Assembly: GCA_965140585.1 (NCBI GenBank)
Contig: OZ223270.1
Span: 320,001 to 384,000, forward strand
DNA: 64,000 nt
Direction of reading: 5' to 3'
Source: Spirochaetia bacterium
GTDB lineage: Bacteria; Spirochaetota; Spirochaetia; UBA9216
The notes under the pieces were generated by a model. It was given only the letters and a program-made list of their open reading frames with translations, was not told the DNA's origin and ran no database searches. Of this stretch, positions 37,504-47,748 are shown piece after piece (positions within the stretch are counted from its first letter, which is position 1; the number at the start of each line of letters is the position of its first letter). A program made the translations under genes and the position numbers.

Positions 37504-37804
37504 AAAGTTAATACAGGAAGAATTCCAGAGAATGATGGAACAGGTTGAAATACCTGAAGTTCCAATAGAAATTAAAGGAGAAATCTCCGGAAGAAATCAT
37601 CGAAGCATCCCTTCACTGCTTGCCGCCGCAATCATTGCCCTAAGCTTTATTCCCTTCATAGGCAGTGCAGAAAGACCTTCTATTCTAGCAGAGAAAACAG
37701 CCGGTTTCAGCCGGAATACTGAACTTGGAACAACACTTTCCAAACATCTTATCGATTTGCATAACATTGCAGAAAACTCATTTAACACAGGAGGAAAAAA
37801 ATGA
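37493..37804 (+). CDS. Small single-TM protein, probable anti-sigma factor
   Basis: Overlaps the sigma gene end; GGAGG RBS before ATG 37493; one TM helix LLAAAIIALSFIPFI. Confidence 0.6.
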   Translation: MKTEKLIQEEFQRMMEQVEIPEVPIEIKGEISGRNHRSIPSLLAAAIIALSFIPFIGSAERPSILAEKTAGFSRNTELGTTLSKHLIDLHNIAENSFNTGGKK

Positions 37805-38244
37805 GGAAAACATATTTTATTAATTTAATTCTATACACAGCCATACTGATTCTTGCCATGTTTATAGTCGGATGTACAGCCTGCTTCTTTGATATTCCCA
37901 GCCTTTTAATGGTCCTGCTGCCGACCCTGTTGATGCTTTTAACCTGTTACAAACTGTCAGAGATGGGAAAGTATTTTTCTATCGCATTTTCTGATAAAAA
38001 AGCAGATACTGCAGTAATCGAAAAAGGCATAGGTTTCTTTAAAACAATGCAGAAATATCTTTTTATCGCCAGCGGCGTTGGGGTAATGATAGGCCTTATC
38101 GCTATGCTTGCAACACTTGATGATCCGGAGTACATAGGTAAAGGCATTGCGCTTGCCTTACTTACAATGCTTTACAGCCTGTATTTCACAATGATAATTG
38201 CTATTCCATTCCGCTCCGCCCTTGAAAAAAAACTGGTACAATAA
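37801..38244 (+). CDS. Short MotA/TolQ/ExbB-family membrane protein lacking the large cytoplasmic domain
   Basis: FDIPSLLMV (MotA TM2-like) and GVMIGLIAMLATLDDPEYIGKGIALALLTMLYS (MotA TM3-TM4-like); only 147 aa. Confidence 0.7.
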   Translation: MRKTYFINLILYTAILILAMFIVGCTACFFDIPSLLMVLLPTLLMLLTCYKLSEMGKYFSIAFSDKKADTAVIEKGIGFFKTMQKYLFIASGVGVMIGLIAMLATLDDPEYIGKGIALALLTMLYSLYFTMIIAIPFRSALEKKLVQ

Positions 38245-38289
38245 GACAGAATTGATTATAAATCCTACTATAACATAACTCCCTATTGA

Positions 38290-38318
38290 ATCCGCCTGAA
38301 CACTCGCATCAGGCGGAT
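38290..38318 (+). terminator. Hairpin after the ECF operon
   Basis: ATCCGCCTGA-N9-TCAGGCGGAT perfect 10-bp stem; weak U-tract. Confidence 0.55.
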
Positions 38319-38405
38319 ATTATAAGTAAAAACAAATTTGACATCTGAAAATTATTAGCCTAGGATATCTAATCATTTAAATAATTTTTAAAAACAGATC
38401 CTAAG

Positions 38406-39374
38406 ATGAAGAAAGTTTTATTTGTCTATTATTCACAGACAGGACAATTAACAAACATTGTTAAAAACTTTGCTGAGCCCCTATTAGATGATCCTGACAC
38501 AGAAGTAATTTTTGAAAGAATCAGACCGGTTGAAGAATACCCCTTCCCCTGGAGTTTCTTTAAATTCTTTGACATCTTTCCCGACTGCGCGCATATGGTT
38601 GCGCCTGAAATTCATCCTTTGGAAACCTCAGTATCGAACATCTACGATCTAATCATCCTGGCATATCAGACCTGGTTTCTTGCACCATCACTGCCTATGA
38701 CCGGTTTTTTAAAAAGTGAATCAGGCAGAGAAATACTCAAAGGTAAACCTGTTATAACAATCGTCGGAAGTAGAAACATGTGGATGATGGGTCAGGAAAA
38801 AATGAAGACAATGATTAAAGAAGCCGAGGCTCATCTTCTGGATAATGTAGTACTCACCGATGATGTAAACAGTTTTGCTTCATTTATAACCACTCCGCGC
38901 TGGATGTTCAGCGGTAAAAAAGACCGTTTTTTACGGGTATTCCCTGTGCCCGGTATTTCAAGGAAAGAGATAAAAGCAACCTCCCGCTTTGGAAAGGCCC
39001 TTGTTCAGGCTTTGAGAAGTAATCAGGAGCAGGAAGGAAAGCCGCTCCTACTGGGCCTTGGAGCCTGTACCGTCGATGAAAAGCTTATATTCAGTGAGAC
39101 TCTGGGAAGTAAAAGTTTTTTTCTCTGGGGGAAACTGATAAATAAACTGGGGGTCCCCGGTTCTACTGTAAGAAAACCCTTTCTGATTTTTTACTCAGTT
39201 TTTCTGGCTGCTATAATTATCGCCCTGACGCCTCTATCCTACCTTCTTCATTTTTTACTTAAACCATTCCTAAAGAAGAACCTAACGCACAAAAAAAACT
39301 ATTTTGAAGGTCCTTCAGGATCTGAAACATTTAAAATAAGTGAGAAAATAAATGAACGAAGCATACATCACTAA
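38406..39374 (+). CDS. darA: Dialkylresorcinol condensing enzyme/aromatase, DarA-like
   Basis: YYSQTGQL, YPFPW, LAYQTWFLAPSLP, RNMW...QEKMK and SFITTPRWM motifs; adjacent to a DarB-type ketosynthase; TTGACA-17-TAGGAT promoter at 38338-38366. Confidence 0.82.
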   Translation: MKKVLFVYYSQTGQLTNIVKNFAEPLLDDPDTEVIFERIRPVEEYPFPWSFFKFFDIFPDCAHMVAPEIHPLETSVSNIYDLIILAYQTWFLAPSLPMTGFLKSESGREILKGKPVITIVGSRNMWMMGQEKMKTMIKEAEAHLLDNVVLTDDVNSFASFITTPRWMFSGKKDRFLRVFPVPGISRKEIKATSRFGKALVQALRSNQEQEGKPLLLGLGACTVDEKLIFSETLGSKSFFLWGKLINKLGVPGSTVRKPFLIFYSVFLAAIIIALTPLSYLLHFLLKPFLKKNLTHKKNYFEGPSGSETFKISEKINERSIHH

Positions 39375-40494
39375 TATCTCAGCATTTTTTCCGAATAAAC
39401 CGGTATCAAACGACAGCATGGAAAATATACTCGGAAAAATCAGTGGACAGGCATCAAGAGCCAGAAAGATAATTTTAAAAAGCAATAAAATTATCAATCG
39501 CTTTTACGTAATTGATGAAAACGGAGAAATAAGATTCTCAAATTCACAGCTAACCGCAGAAGCAGTTAAAAAACTAGAAAATACAAATTTTAAAATTGAG
39601 CAGATAGATGCACTGATATGCGGAACAACAGTTCCCGATCAGATAGCACCGAATCACGCTGTGATGGTTCACGGTGAAGTCAGGAATCCTCCCTGTGAAG
39701 TTATATCGACATCAGGTATCTGCCTGTCCGGAATAGCAGCCCTGAAGGTTGCCTACATGGGGATTTTCGGAGGATTTTATGAAAAAGCCGTATCTACAGG
39801 CTCGGAAATTGCCAGCTTAATGATGAGATCTGATAATTTTGAAAAAGAATACAGCCAGAAAGTCGATGCGCTGGAAAAACGGCCGGAGATTGCATTTGAA
39901 AAAGACTTCCTTCGCTGGATGCTTTCCAATGCATCAGGGGCCTTTCTTGTTGAAAACAAACCCAACAGCGATCGACTGTCACTCAAAATCGAATGGCTTG
40001 AGATGCGGTCATACGCGAATGAGCTTGATGTTTGTATGTATGCAGGGGCAGAAAAACAGGATAATGGCTCCCTGAGGGGATGGGCTACATACCCCAACGG
40101 GGAAATCCTTGAGAAATCACTCATGTCCTTCAAACAGGATGTAAAGCTTCTTAATGACAATGTTATTGATTATTGCGGAGTAAAAACACTGCAGTCGGTT
40201 CTTGAAAAGAAGGCTCTGCATCCTTATGAAATAGACTACTTTCTGCCGCATATATCGTCTTTCTACTTCTGGGATGAATTATACGAAAAATTAAAAGGCA
40301 TAGATTTTGAAATACCTGAAGAAAAGTGGTTCACAAACCTTGGAACAAAAGGAAATACAGGAGCCGCATCCATGTATGTGATGCTGGAAGAACTGTTTAA
40401 TTCCGGAAACCTGAAAAAGGGTCAGAAAATACTCTGCGGAACCCCTGAGAGCGGAAGGTTCAACGGTTCGTATATGCTTTTAAGCGTTGTCTGA
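39352..40494 (+). CDS. darB: StlD/DarB family beta-ketosynthase (KAS III-like)
   Basis: PNKPVSN..ME..LG, HAVMVHGE, GICLSG (catalytic Cys), FEKDFLRWMLS, LPHISS, GNTGAAS, PESGRF. Confidence 0.88.
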   Translation: MNEAYITNISAFFPNKPVSNDSMENILGKISGQASRARKIILKSNKIINRFYVIDENGEIRFSNSQLTAEAVKKLENTNFKIEQIDALICGTTVPDQIAPNHAVMVHGEVRNPPCEVISTSGICLSGIAALKVAYMGIFGGFYEKAVSTGSEIASLMMRSDNFEKEYSQKVDALEKRPEIAFEKDFLRWMLSNASGAFLVENKPNSDRLSLKIEWLEMRSYANELDVCMYAGAEKQDNGSLRGWATYPNGEILEKSLMSFKQDVKLLNDNVIDYCGVKTLQSVLEKKALHPYEIDYFLPHISSFYFWDELYEKLKGIDFEIPEEKWFTNLGTKGNTGAASMYVMLEELFNSGNLKKGQKILCGTPESGRFNGSYMLLSVV

Positions 40495-40499
40495 ATAGA

Positions 40500-41018
40500 C
40501 TATGACTGCTCTGAAGCATCCTGAACCTCCTCAACCTTTTTAGGCTGAAGCAGGATAAAGGCTACCGCCCCGAATGTAATTGAAAGATCCGCTACATTAA
40601 GAATCCCGGTACGCAGATTACCAATACCGAAGTTCATAAAATCAACAACAATACCGTTATTGAATATCCTGTCCCAGAGGTTTCCGACTCCTCCGCCTAT
40701 TATGCATGCAAGACTTATGACCTGTCCCAGGGTAAGATTTTTACTTACCACAACATAGACCAGGGCTGCACCTGTAAGCAGTACCGGAAAGAGCACAAGA
40801 AGCAGAGTTTTAAAAGGCTCAGGCAGGTCACCGCCCATCCCTAGAAAGGCCCCGTCATTTTCAGCATAGTGCAGAATAAAAACCTCGCCGACAACATTTA
40901 CAGTACCATGTCCTCTCAGATCATTTTCAGCAGCGATTTTTGTTAACCGGTCAACAGTAAAGTTCGCGGCTGCAATTACAAGTATAAGCACCGCAAACAG
41001 ATATTTCTTATTCTTCAT
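40500..41018 (-). CDS. lspA: Lipoprotein signal peptidase II
   Basis: DRLTK, NDGAFLG, GNLWDRI, VVDF, NVADL. Confidence 0.95.
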   Translation of the reverse strand: MKNKKYLFAVLILVIAAANFTVDRLTKIAAENDLRGHGTVNVVGEVFILHYAENDGAFLGMGGDLPEPFKTLLLVLFPVLLTGAALVYVVVSKNLTLGQVISLACIIGGGVGNLWDRIFNNGIVVDFMNFGIGNLRTGILNVADLSITFGAVAFILLQPKKVEEVQDASEQS

Positions 41019-41089
41019 GACTAAACAATAACATCAATATAGAAAATAAAAAATACCCGGGCATTAAAACCCTGTATTATAATAGGTCT

Positions 41090-42229
41090 ATGAAATACAG
41101 AAAATTCGGAAAAACAAATCTTGAGGTATCTGTTTTAGGCTTCGGCTGTATGCGGCTGCCCTTAACACAGGGCTCTGAAAATGAAGTTGACAGAAAGGAA
41201 AGTATCAGGCTGATACGTGACGGAATCGATCGCGGAATTAACTACATCGACACAGCCTATCCCTACCACAACGGTGAAAGTGAAATAATCACCGGTGAAG
41301 CCCTGAAAGACGGCTACAGAGACCGAACATACCTGGCAACAAAACTACCGTCCTGGCTAGTAAAATCCAGAGCAGATATGGATAAACTGCTTGATGAACA
41401 GCTGAAAAAGCTTGGTACGGACCACATCGATATGTACCTGCTTCATGCCCTGAATACTGACCTCTGGGAAAACCTTCAGAAACATAAAGTCTTTGATTTT
41501 ATAGAAAAAGCAAAAGCTTCAGGCAGGATAAAGCATATCGGTTTTTCCTTTCATGATGAGCTGCCTATTTTTAAAACAATTGTTGACGCCTATGACTGGG
41601 AGTTCTGCCAGATTCAGTACAACCTGATGGATGTTGATTATCAGGCAGGCCGCAGCGGCCTTGAATATGCTGCAAAAAAAGATCTTGGTATAGTAATTAT
41701 GGAACCGCTTCGGGGAGGCAGCCTGGTAAGAAATATTCCTGATGATATAAACAGCCTTTGGAAAAGCAGTGCTACGCTGAAATCGCCGGTCGAAGCGGCT
41801 TTCCGTTTTGCCTGGAACCACCCCGGTGTCGGAACCGTGTTAAGCGGTATGAACTCTCAGCAGCAGCTTGATGAAAACCTTGAGGCTGCAGATAACTCAG
41901 TGCCGGAATCGCTTACAGAGAATGAATCAGCACTGCTGAATACTATCCGTAAAGAGTACCGGGCAAGAATAGCTGCAGACTGTACAAACTGTAAATACTG
42001 CATGCCCTGCCCGTCCGGTGTTGATATTCCCGCAAACCTCGGCTTTCTGAATAATGTCTCTATGTACGGAAACCTTGAACCCTTTAAGACCGGATATACA
42101 AGGTTTTTTGCAGAGGAAAAAAAGGCCCACAACTGCACCGAATGCGGAAGCTGTGAGCCCTCCTGTCCTCAGAAGATTGAAATAATCAAACACCTTAAAG
42201 AGCTTGATAAAATAATGAATCCTGCTTAA
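41090..42229 (+). CDS. Aldo/keto reductase with C-terminal 4Fe-4S domain
   Basis: GFGCMRLP, DTAYPYH, ATKLP, GFSFH, MEPLRGG; CTNCKYCMPCP and CTECGSCEPSCP. Confidence 0.92.
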   Translation: MKYRKFGKTNLEVSVLGFGCMRLPLTQGSENEVDRKESIRLIRDGIDRGINYIDTAYPYHNGESEIITGEALKDGYRDRTYLATKLPSWLVKSRADMDKLLDEQLKKLGTDHIDMYLLHALNTDLWENLQKHKVFDFIEKAKASGRIKHIGFSFHDELPIFKTIVDAYDWEFCQIQYNLMDVDYQAGRSGLEYAAKKDLGIVIMEPLRGGSLVRNIPDDINSLWKSSATLKSPVEAAFRFAWNHPGVGTVLSGMNSQQQLDENLEAADNSVPESLTENESALLNTIRKEYRARIAADCTNCKYCMPCPSGVDIPANLGFLNNVSMYGNLEPFKTGYTRFFAEEKKAHNCTECGSCEPSCPQKIEIIKHLKELDKIMNPA

Positions 42230-42933
42230 TGCACAGTCAACATTGTCCTCCACTTATCGTAGGGGGTATCAAGCTGCATTTTAAGCTTTTCACGATAGGA
42301 ATCCAGACGGTCGTCGTGCCAGCTCACGAAGGGATTCACTTTTTTCTCCAGACCGATAGTTGAAAAAAGCTGCTTCCTGTTTCTTATTCGAAGGTAGGCT
42401 TCAAAATCGGTGTTGTCCGGATCAATTTCACGGATGACACCGGTTGCATATTCAAAGATATCATGCCCGCAGTAGATTTCAGTTTCATCCGGATAAGCCA
42501 TTACCGCTGAAAGCGACTTAAAATACAGAGGATAATCCTTCGTGTAGCAGTTGCCCACTGTTCCGGTGAACAGTGTATCTCCTGTAATCAGCTTTCCATC
42601 GGTATAAAACACCACAGAATCTGCCGAATGACCTGGTGTCCGTAGAACCTCAACGCGTTCATCCCCCAGTGTAAAAGATTCCGGAATATCCTTGGAAGAT
42701 GGATCAATTACTACTGCTGCATGCGCCGATAATTTTTCATTCCCAGCAATATGATCGGAATGCATATGTGTATTTGTCATCACTTTCAGCTTCAGACCGT
42801 TTTTATCACAGTAGCCAAGGATTTCTTCCGCAGCACAGCCGTCTATGACAGCAGCTTCGGAACCCGACCATATGAGATACCCGAAAACAAATCCAAGTCC
42901 GGGATAATCAAATTTAAACTGTTCAATATTCAT
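42226..42933 (-). CDS. Metallo-beta-lactamase-fold hydrolase, hydroxyacylglutathione hydrolase-like
   Basis: THMHSDH, TPGHS, TGDTLF, YCGH, STIGLEKKVNPF. Confidence 0.88.
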   Translation of the reverse strand: MNIEQFKFDYPGLGFVFGYLIWSGSEAAVIDGCAAEEILGYCDKNGLKLKVMTNTHMHSDHIAGNEKLSAHAAVVIDPSSKDIPESFTLGDERVEVLRTPGHSADSVVFYTDGKLITGDTLFTGTVGNCYTKDYPLYFKSLSAVMAYPDETEIYCGHDIFEYATGVIREIDPDNTDFEAYLRIRNRKQLFSTIGLEKKVNPFVSWHDDRLDSYREKLKMQLDTPYDKWRTMLTVH

Positions 42934-43022
42934 GCTTATAAAATACTACCATTATCAGCATATAGTAAATATTTACATAGGGGTAAAATATAGAACTCCC
43001 TTTTGTTTTGGATTTTATTGAA

Positions 43023-43051
43023 TTGACGCAAGAACATATTAGAGTTAATAT
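43023..43051 (+). promoter_or_regulatory. Sigma70 promoter of the tRNA gene
   Basis: TTGACG-17 nt-TAATAT, 9 nt upstream of the tRNA 5' end. Confidence 0.65.
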
Positions 43052-43060
43052 TTTTGAACC

Positions 43061-43134
43061 GGGGCTGTAGCTCAGCTGGCTAGAGCGGTTGGTTCGCAAT
43101 CAACAGGCCGTGGGTTCGACTCCCATCAGCTCCA
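43061..43134 (+). tRNA. tRNA-Ala (anticodon CGC), CCA not encoded
   Basis: Cloverleaf: acceptor GGGGCTG/CAGCTCC with G3-U70, D arm GCTC/GAGC, anticodon loop TT-CGC-AA, T loop TTCGACT, discriminator A. Confidence 0.96.
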
Positions 43135-43184
43135 GAAATATTTCTTGCTGAATACGCATCTAACCCCTTATAATTCTGATAGTT

Positions 43185-44978
43185 ATGAAAAAAAAGATCC
43201 TGCTGGTTGAGGATGAAGCTATTCTGGCCATGTCGGAAGCTTCGACCCTTGAAAAGGCCGGATTTGATGTAATCACTGCAGCTGACGGAGATGAAGCCCT
43301 TAGTTATATCAAAACCGACCATGAAATATCCCTCGTGCTGATGGACATTGACCTGGGTTCCGGAATCGACGGAACAGAAACCTCACGTCTCATTCTAAGT
43401 TTCAAGCAGATTCCTATTATTTTTCTGACAAGTCATTCCGAAAAGGCCATGGTTGAAAAAGTTAAGGATATTACAAAATACGGTTATGTTCTTAAAAACT
43501 GCGGCGAATTCGTTCTAATTGAAGCTATCAAAATGGCGTATGAACTTTTTGAAGCGAACAGCAGCATCACCACAAGAGAAATTGAATACAGGGAAATTGT
43601 AAATGATCTTGAAGCTGCCATTCTTAAATTCAACAAACAGGGAGAAATAATATTCTTCAGCCGCGGAGCGGAAAATATCTTTGGCTATAAGGCTGAGGAA
43701 GTGATTGGAAAAAAAAGCATAGAAACAATAAATCCCAGAATTGATAAATTTGGAAACGACCATTCGTTAATGATAAAAAATATATTCTCCTCCCCTGATA
43801 AATTCCGCTTCCACCGAAACGAAAACCGGACTAAGGACGGTACCAATTTATGGATGAGCTGGAATAATAAACTTGTAAAGGATCAGTACGGAAATAATCT
43901 TTACATGCTATGTATCGGTAATGATTTGAGTGATCAGATAAGGGCAAGAGAAACACTCAAATATACTGAGGATATTCTCTCAAAAATATCTGAAAATGAA
44001 AGAGTCTGGCAGGCCGCAATTGAAAGTGCAGGAGACGGCGTCTGGGACTGGAATACAATCACAAATAAAGTATTCTTTTCAAAAACCTGGAAAAATATGC
44101 TTGGATATTCCGAAGAGGAAATTGAGGACAACGTTGAAGAATGGATTTCAAGGATCCATCCGGATGATAAGGAAAGGAGCCTTGAAGCCGTCAGGAATTA
44201 CATTTCAGGAATAACCGATCACTATAAGAGCGTCCATCGTCTAAGAGATAAATCAGGTAATTATCACTGGATACTGGACAGAGGTAAGATTATTGAAAAA
44301 GATATCGATGGAAAAGTACTTCGGATGGTCGGAACTCATACGGATATATCGGTTCAGAAAGAATCAGAGAAACAGCTTCTTCAGCTCAATGAAGAGAAAG
44401 GCTTTTTATTAAAAGAGATCCACCACAGGGTAAAAAACAATCTACTTATCATATCCTCACTTATCAGTCTTAAAGAAGGAGTGAGCGGAGATAATCTTTC
44501 AGATATTAAAAACCAGATTGACGCCATTCGCATAATCCATGATAAGCTCTACAGGGGGAATTCGCAAACAAACGTACCCTTCGGTGATTACTGTACAGAT
44601 CTTTTATATACAATTTTTGAAACTTTTCTTGATACAGGGATTAAAATAAACATAGACTCAGAAGAAATCTCAATACCCGAAGATAAAATAGTCTCTTTGG
44701 GGCTGTTTATAAATGAGATTGCAACTAATGCAGTTAAATATGCCTTTCATAACAACGAAAATCCGGAATTTTCTGTAAGCCTGAAGCCTGATGAAAAGTC
44801 AGATACGCATATACTTAAAATTCAAAACAATGGACCGGCACTGCCCGACAATCTCATAATAGAAGAAGCAGAGACGCTGGGAATGAGGCTGATGACCTCT
44901 CTGGCAATGCAGTTAAGGGCTGACCTGAAGGTGGAAAAATCACCTCATCCTCAGTTTTCCTTAACCTTTAAACTATGA
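43185..44978 (+). CDS. Hybrid sensor kinase REC-PAS-PAS-HisKA_2-HATPase
   Basis: LLVEDE...LMDIDL REC; PAS motifs (GVWDWN, RIHPDD, HWILDRG); EIHHRVKNNL, NEIATNAVKYAF. Confidence 0.9.
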   Translation: MKKKILLVEDEAILAMSEASTLEKAGFDVITAADGDEALSYIKTDHEISLVLMDIDLGSGIDGTETSRLILSFKQIPIIFLTSHSEKAMVEKVKDITKYGYVLKNCGEFVLIEAIKMAYELFEANSSITTREIEYREIVNDLEAAILKFNKQGEIIFFSRGAENIFGYKAEEVIGKKSIETINPRIDKFGNDHSLMIKNIFSSPDKFRFHRNENRTKDGTNLWMSWNNKLVKDQYGNNLYMLCIGNDLSDQIRARETLKYTEDILSKISENERVWQAAIESAGDGVWDWNTITNKVFFSKTWKNMLGYSEEEIEDNVEEWISRIHPDDKERSLEAVRNYISGITDHYKSVHRLRDKSGNYHWILDRGKIIEKDIDGKVLRMVGTHTDISVQKESEKQLLQLNEEKGFLLKEIHHRVKNNLLIISSLISLKEGVSGDNLSDIKNQIDAIRIIHDKLYRGNSQTNVPFGDYCTDLLYTIFETFLDTGIKINIDSEEISIPEDKIVSLGLFINEIATNAVKYAFHNNENPEFSVSLKPDEKSDTHILKIQNNGPALPDNLIIEEAETLGMRLMTSLAMQLRADLKVEKSPHPQFSLTFKL

Positions 44979-45058
44979 ATAAAAAACATTAAAAATTTGA
45001 ATGCTTAATCCCCGTTTACTACAATTAAAGCAAACGCATAATCTAGGGGGATTGAAGA

Positions 45059-47131
45059 ATGTTAAAAAACCTGCGGATGTCAGGAAAAATGCTGATTGGT
45101 TTCGGCAGTGTACTTTTGATTGTAGCAGCCGTAGTGGCTCTGACAGCTATAAATCTGTTAAAAATTGAGAATCTTGCCGGATCAATGGAGAATGAATATA
45201 TACCCGAAGTACAAACTGCCAATTCGCTTGAAAGGGACACCCTGCATATGATGCTGGGAACAAGAAGTTACGGACTCTCATTTAAAGATGAATATCTGGT
45301 AGAATCTGAAAACTATTCAAAAAAGATCGAAAAAGAACTGATAAACGCGAAAAATCTTGCTGAACAGTCCCCGGATCTGGTAAAACTGAACCAGTATGTC
45401 CTGAGCGCTGAAAGCAGTTACAGTATTTATAAAAACAGTACCGATAAAACCAACAATATTATTGTTGAAATTCTCGCTGAAAGAAGGGAACTTGATTCCT
45501 CAGCTGCTGAGTTTATGAAGAGCTCAGAATCTTTTATCAGCAGTCAGCATGAACAGTTTAATGAAGATTTGGCACTGAATAAGACAGATGCGGCAATGAG
45601 GGAAAGGCTTACAAAAATTGACCTCATGACTGACGTAACGAATCACGGGAATGAAGCCAGGGTAAAGGCCTTTAAGGGTCAGTTAAATACTGATGTAAAC
45701 ATCATATCTGAAGCTGTTTCAGAACTGAATGCGGCCCTTGAGAATATTACCGCTATCAGAGCGCTAACCCGTAAACAGCAGAATATTAACGAGCTTAATA
45801 ACATTTATTCCACGATGGAGCGATATAAAACTGCACTTCTAAAGATGGTTGGATTATACAAAGAAATGGACTCAATATTTGCTGAACGCAACAAGGCTGC
45901 CAATGAGTTTCTTTCCGCAGTGCAGACAATCAGTACAGCGGGGCTCACTGAAACTAAAACCAGAGCAGGCCTTACTTCCGAAACAATTGCATCAGCACTA
46001 CAGGTGCTGATGCTTGGTTTTATCACGGCTCTCGCTGTTTCAATACTTATTGCAGTACTTATTACCATTTCAATAGTTAAAGCCCTTAAAAAAGGCGTAG
46101 AGTTTGCATCCATTATGTCTGACGGAGATCTTACGGCTGTTCTGGATATTGACCAGAAAGATGAAATAGGAAAACTATCCGAAGCCTTGAAAACAATGCG
46201 TAACCGGTTGAAAGATGTGGTTGTTGAGGTCCGCGATTCTGCCAGAATGGTTTCACAGGGCAGTCAGCAGCTCGCAACAACTGCAGAGCAGATCTCACAG
46301 GGAGCAACCGAACAGGCATCGACAGCCGAGGAGGTCTCCTCTTCAATGGAGGAAATAGGAGCTTCAATCAGACAGAACACCGACAATGCTTCACAGACCG
46401 AAAAAATAGCATCAAAGGCTGCAGAAGACGCAGAGACCGGCGGAGGAGCCGTTCTAGAGGCTGTTAAAGCAATGAATTTAATTGCAGAAAAGATCAAGGT
46501 AATAGAAGAGCTTGCCAGAAACACCAATCTGCTTTCTCTCAATGCCGCAATAGAAGCGGCCAGAGCCGGCGAGCATGGAAAAGGATTCGCAGTTGTAGCG
46601 TCAGAGGTTGGTAAACTTGCGGCAAACAGCCAGAGCGCAGCGAATGAAATTCTAGCGCTGGCAAATTCAAGCGTTTCAAAAGCAAACACTGCAGGAGAAA
46701 AAATTCAGGATATAATTCCTGATATAAGAAGGACCGCTGATCTGGTTCAGGAAATCAGCGCTACCAGCATTGAACAGAATACAGGGGCAGATCAGGTTAA
46801 CCAGGTAATGCTCCAGCTTGACCAAGTTATTCAGATGAATGCAGCCTCTGCCGAAGAAAGCTCATCAATGTCCGAAGAATTATCAAGCCAGGCAGAGAAG
46901 CTTTTAGAAATGATAGGATTTTTCAAGGTGGATGAAGGTCGCAATACCTCATTGAAGCCGCCAAAAATAAAAAAAACAGACCAGACATCAGTAACATTAA
47001 AAAAAGAGTCGCCGGCATTGCCATATAAAAAGGAACCGGAACCGCCCAGGCATGATGACGAATCCTTTTTCAGGCCGGAAAAAAACAGTATTCAGGCAGA
47101 TAGCCTGGACGATAACTTCGAAGATTTTTAA
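45059..47131 (+). CDS. Methyl-accepting chemotaxis protein (2 TM, HAMP, C-terminal pentapeptide)
   Basis: [29 protein letters not shown]; HAMP GDLT...DEIG; C-terminal NFEDF CheR-tethering-type peptide. Confidence 0.95.
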   Translation: MLKNLRMSGKMLIGFGSVLLIVAAVVALTAINLLKIENLAGSMENEYIPEVQTANSLERDTLHMMLGTRSYGLSFKDEYLVESENYSKKIEKELINAKNLAEQSPDLVKLNQYVLSAESSYSIYKNSTDKTNNIIVEILAERRELDSSAAEFMKSSESFISSQHEQFNEDLALNKTDAAMRERLTKIDLMTDVTNHGNEARVKAFKGQLNTDVNIISEAVSELNAALENITAIRALTRKQQNINELNNIYSTMERYKTALLKMVGLYKEMDSIFAERNKAANEFLSAVQTISTAGLTETKTRAGLTSETIASALQVLMLGFITALAVSILIAVLITISIVKALKKGVEFASIMSDGDLTAVLDIDQKDEIGKLSEALKTMRNRLKDVVVEVRDSARMVSQGSQQLATTAEQISQGATEQASTAEEVSSSMEEIGASIRQNTDNASQTEKIASKAAEDAETGGGAVLEAVKAMNLIAEKIKVIEELARNTNLLSLNAAIEAARAGEHGKGFAVVASEVGKLAANSQSAANEILALANSSVSKANTAGEKIQDIIPDIRRTADLVQEISATSIEQNTGADQVNQVMLQLDQVIQMNAASAEESSSMSEELSSQAEKLLEMIGFFKVDEGRNTSLKPPKIKKTDQTSVTLKKESPALPYKKEPEPPRHDDESFFRPEKNSIQADSLDDNFEDF

Positions 47132-47161
47132 TCTGCAATAATTAAGACCAGGAGGTAAGTA

Positions 47162-47647
47162 ATGCAGGAAAATAAGATTAGCAATCAGTTTGTGACTTTC
47201 AGGATTGAAGAGGAGACCTATGCAATTGATGTCTTCAAGATCAGAGAAATTCTGGAGGTTCCTGAAATAACAAAAGTACCCGGAATGCCAAAAATGATAA
47301 GAGGTGTAATAAATATCCGTGGAGCAGTTGTGCCGGTTCTGGATTTAAAGATGAAATTCGGGCAGACAGAGACATCAAAAAACCAGGATACCGCTGTAAT
47401 AGTTACAGAGATAGACTCAGAAGGTGAAAATGTCCTGATGGGAATTATGGTCGATGCTGCTCAGGAAGTCATCACCCTGGAGAAGGAAAATATTGAAGAA
47501 CCGCCTAAGCTGGGAATCTTCATTGACAATAAATACCTTCTTGGAATGGGAAAAATAGGAGATAACTTCGTCATTATACTCAACATCGACAAACTGATGT
47601 CCAATGAAGAGCTAAGCATGGTCAACGCTCCGAAGGCAGAAGAATAG
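47162..47647 (+). CDS. cheW: Chemotaxis coupling protein CheW
   Basis: ITKVPG...GVINIRGAVVPVLDL, GIMVD. Confidence 0.95.
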   Translation: MQENKISNQFVTFRIEEETYAIDVFKIREILEVPEITKVPGMPKMIRGVINIRGAVVPVLDLKMKFGQTETSKNQDTAVIVTEIDSEGENVLMGIMVDAAQEVITLEKENIEEPPKLGIFIDNKYLLGMGKIGDNFVIILNIDKLMSNEELSMVNAPKAEE

Positions 47648-47649
47648 AC

Positions 47650-47683
47650 TATAAAACCGGCTGTAAAAACAGCCGGTTTTATA
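47650..47683 (+). terminator. Terminator after cheW
   Basis: TATAAAACCGGCTG-TAAAAA-CAGCCGGTTTTATA perfect 14-bp inverted repeat. Confidence 0.8.
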
Positions 47684-47715
47684 TAAAAATCGGAGAAAAT
47701 GGAGAAAGATCCATC

Positions 47716-47742
47716 TAAAGAAAAATTGTGATAAGTCGAAAT
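47716..47742 (+). promoter_or_regulatory. Candidate sigma28 (FliA) promoter
   Basis: TAAA-N15-GTCGAAAT versus consensus TAAA-N15-GCCGATAA; 6 nt before ATG 47749. Confidence 0.5.
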
Positions 47743-47748
47743 ATAACT

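Noticed and set aside
43061-43184. tRNA-Ala as an integration site for an island
   Set aside because: No integrase and no repeat of the tRNA 3' end noticed in the window.
43080-43322. 80-aa minus-strand ORF
   Set aside because: Antisense to the tRNA and the kinase start; a shadow ORF.
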